From: Candidatus Micrarchaeota archaeon
GTDB taxonomy: Archaea; Micrarchaeota; Micrarchaeia; Micrarchaeales; CABMGC01
DNA: 64,000 nucleotides
Direction: 5' to 3'
Assembly: GCA_028866835.1 (NCBI GenBank)
Contig: JAGWHJ010000001.1
Location: 4,636-68,635 of the forward strand
Below the pieces are notes generated by a model that worked only from the letters and a program-made list of their open reading frames with translations, was not told the DNA's origin and did no database searches. A program made the position numbers and the translations under genes. Of the stretch, positions 62,295 to 64,000 are shown in pieces. Numbering within the stretch: the first letter of the stretch is position 1; each line of letters opens with the position of its first letter.

Positions 62295-64000
62295 CAATTC
62301 CTGTCAAGCTGGTCCATTATCTTCTTCGCAATCTCCTTCCCGAAAAGGCGCTCCACAGTCTCCTGCGCTCCGGGCTTCCTGAGATCTGAAACGCCCTTTA
62401 TGCCGTTGAGGTACATGAGGCGGGCCCTTACGCGTCCCACCTGTTCAAGCCTTATGAGGTCGAGAAGCTCCCTCCTTATGCCGTAGCGCGTCCTCAGCCG
62501 CATCTCGATGAGCCGTATTGGGCTCACCCTGAGCAGCTTTGCGAGCTCGGAACATGAATAGAGCAGCCAGTCCGCATTGGTTATCTTTGTGAAGAGAGCG
62601 CCAGGTGTGGTGTTGTATTCATTTGTAATCTCGGGCTCCGTCTTCTCGCTTATCCAGTCCAGCAGCATTGTGGCGCTGCTGAACGCCCTCAATGGGTCGT
62701 AGAATATCGCCTCGTCGCTCTCATAGTTCGAGGAGGCGTGCTGGAGCATGTTCTGATACTGCGGAAACATCTCTATCGCTCGCTCCACCGTCTTCACGTG
62801 CGGCCTCATCTCGATGGTGTTGCAGATCATGAAGAGCACGGACAGGTCGTCGTTAGCCGATGGCAGGACGTCGATGAGCCATTTCGCTGAGAGAGGGTCT
62901 ATGTAGAGCTCGCTGACGCGCATGCCTATCCTTGTAGCCCTGTAGACGCTGCTGTTGCCCTTCTCTATGAATCCCCATGCAACGAACTCGCCAAGGATGT
63001 CGCGCAGGTTCTCCTTGACCTCGTACATGTTTGAGTACTGGTAGCCGTAAAGCGTGCCGCTGAGGAAGTCAAGTATTGATTCCTCTGTGGTGAGGAACTT
63101 CGTAGCAATGAATGCCAGAACATGCGTCCTCAGCACGGGCAGCATCGAGAGCTTTGAGGTGACAGGCTGCAGCTCCGCGTCAATGTACCTGTCGTACAGC
63201 TCGCGGACCTCTGCCCTGTGCTTGGCTATGAGGAGAGCCCTTCCGGATTTGTCGTACTTCGGCCTGCCGGCCCTTCCGAAGAGCTGCACGACCTCGTTGA
63301 CGCCAAGCTTCTCGCTCCCCTCCATCTCGCCGTACCTCGTTGTGTCGCGAACGACAACAGTATGGGCTGGCAGGTTCACGCCAAGGCCGAGGGTTGTCGT
63401 GGAGCATATTGCCTTTATCTCTCCTTTCCGGAATGCCTCCTCGACGATATGGCGCTGCTCGTTGACGAGGCCGCTGTGGTGGAAAGCAACGCCGTTGAGT
63501 ATCGCCTTGGAGAGCTTCTCGCACTGAAGCGTGGGCTTGCCAAGCACGCCAAGCACCTGTTCCGAGATTACCCTGAGCGTGGCCTTCTCCCCGACGGTGA
63601 GCCTTCTGCCAACGGCCCTTGACAGCTTGTCCGCGCCGGCCTCCGCATTCCTCTTTGTGCTGTAGAAGAGGAGCAGCTGCTTCCCCTTCTCGAGGGTATC
63701 TTCCGTTATGCGCATCTCCGCCATCTTGCTGTCACTTTCGAGCTTTTCGGACCTGTCGGTATTGTACGTTACCTCTCCCTCGAACTCTATGCCCTTCTCA
63801 AGCACAACAGGTCGATATTCGCTCTCCACGAGCTCCGCGCCGAGCCAATCCGCAAGCTCCTTAGAGTTTCCTATTGTAGCGCTCAGCGCGACTATCTGCG
63901 CGTGCGTGCACGTCCTCTTCATCCTCGCCGCGAGTATCTCGAGGGTCGGGCCGCGCTTCGGGTCGTCGAGCATGTGGATCTCGTCGAAGACGAGGCATCC
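62294..64000 (-). CDS. hel308: Ski2-like DNA helicase Hel308 (5' end outside window)
   Basis: DEIH (motif II) at the window edge, then SATIGN, AFHHSGL, TTTLGLGVNLPA and GRAGRP, with a C-terminal HhH domain. Confidence 0.9.
   Translation of the reverse strand, partial: GCLVFDEIHMLDDPKRGPTLEILAARMKRTCTHAQIVALSATIGNSKELADWLGAELVESEYRPVVLEKGIEFEGEVTYNTDRSEKLESDSKMAEMRITEDTLEKGKQLLLFYSTKRNAEAGADKLSRAVGRRLTVGEKATLRVISEQVLGVLGKPTLQCEKLSKAILNGVAFHHSGLVNEQRHIVEEAFRKGEIKAICSTTTLGLGVNLPAHTVVVRDTTRYGEMEGSEKLGVNEVVQLFGRAGRPKYDKSGRALLIAKHRAEVRELYDRYIDAELQPVTSKLSMLPVLRTHVLAFIATKFLTTEESILDFLSGTLYGYQYSNMYEVKENLRDILGEFVAWGFIEKGNSSVYRATRIGMRVSELYIDPLSAKWLIDVLPSANDDLSVLFMICNTIEMRPHVKTVERAIEMFPQYQNMLQHASSNYESDEAIFYDPLRAFSSATMLLDWISEKTEPEITNEYNTTPGALFTKITNADWLLYSCSELAKLLRVSPIRLIEMRLRTRYGIRRELLDLIRLEQVGRVRARLMYLNGIKGVSDLRKPGAQETVERLFGKEIAKKIMDQLDRN

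Overview
This window is an archaeal chromosomal segment, gene-dense on both strands and mostly housekeeping. The archaeal assignment rests on hallmark genes: r-proteins L31e, L39e, S19e, S24e, S26e and S27ae, plus aIF6, aIF5A, EF-1alpha, prefoldin alpha, Sec61beta, Hel308, SepF and class III signal peptides. I cannot name the organism from sequence alone. Main blocks, left to right:
- a TCA block (sdhA, membrane ORF, sdhB, fumarase/aspartase-family lyase);
- the conserved cluster ftsY-pfdA-aIF6-L31e-L39e-PDCD5-like-S19e with divergent rpoL and DUF99;
- argS, S26e, NMD3, secF-secD and tRNA-Leu(CAG);
- a glycan-modification cluster (GT2, radical SAM, carbamoyltransferase, GT4);
- leuS, an M50 protease, MTAP, tRNA-Gln(CUG) and an 895-aa secreted protein;
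- pyrD-pyrC, a MASE1-PAS sensor, tag and VKOR;
- a class II aldolase/mtnA/MTAP/ribokinase salvage block;
- tuf-rps10, two HAD hydrolases, tandem ftsZ1-ftsZ2, aIF5A-S24e-S27ae, a CPBP protease, a SpoU methyltransferase, sepF and a truncated hel308.
I found no CRISPR array, rRNA, transposase or integrase. By eye, several visibly AT-richer islets interrupt the core and carry orphan genes; I did not compute GC.
Most noteworthy observations:
1. A 2x[4Fe-4S] ferredoxin whose first cluster motif lies between an in-frame TAG (ending a membrane protein) and the first canonical start codon.
2. A ribokinase whose conserved N-terminal strand also lies upstream of any ATG/GTG/TTG. Both cases have a GGTG(A/G) box 4 nt before a near-cognate codon (ACG, ATA).
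3. SdhB fused to an N-terminal 2-TM domain.
4. A large surface protein combining a glutamic-peptidase(G1)-like domain, a Ser/Thr stalk and two novel Cys-rich domains.
5. An orphan enzyme with a PvcA/Dit1-like motif pattern.
6. A triple-repeat protein in a low-GC islet.
All homology statements are motif recognition by eye, not database searches.
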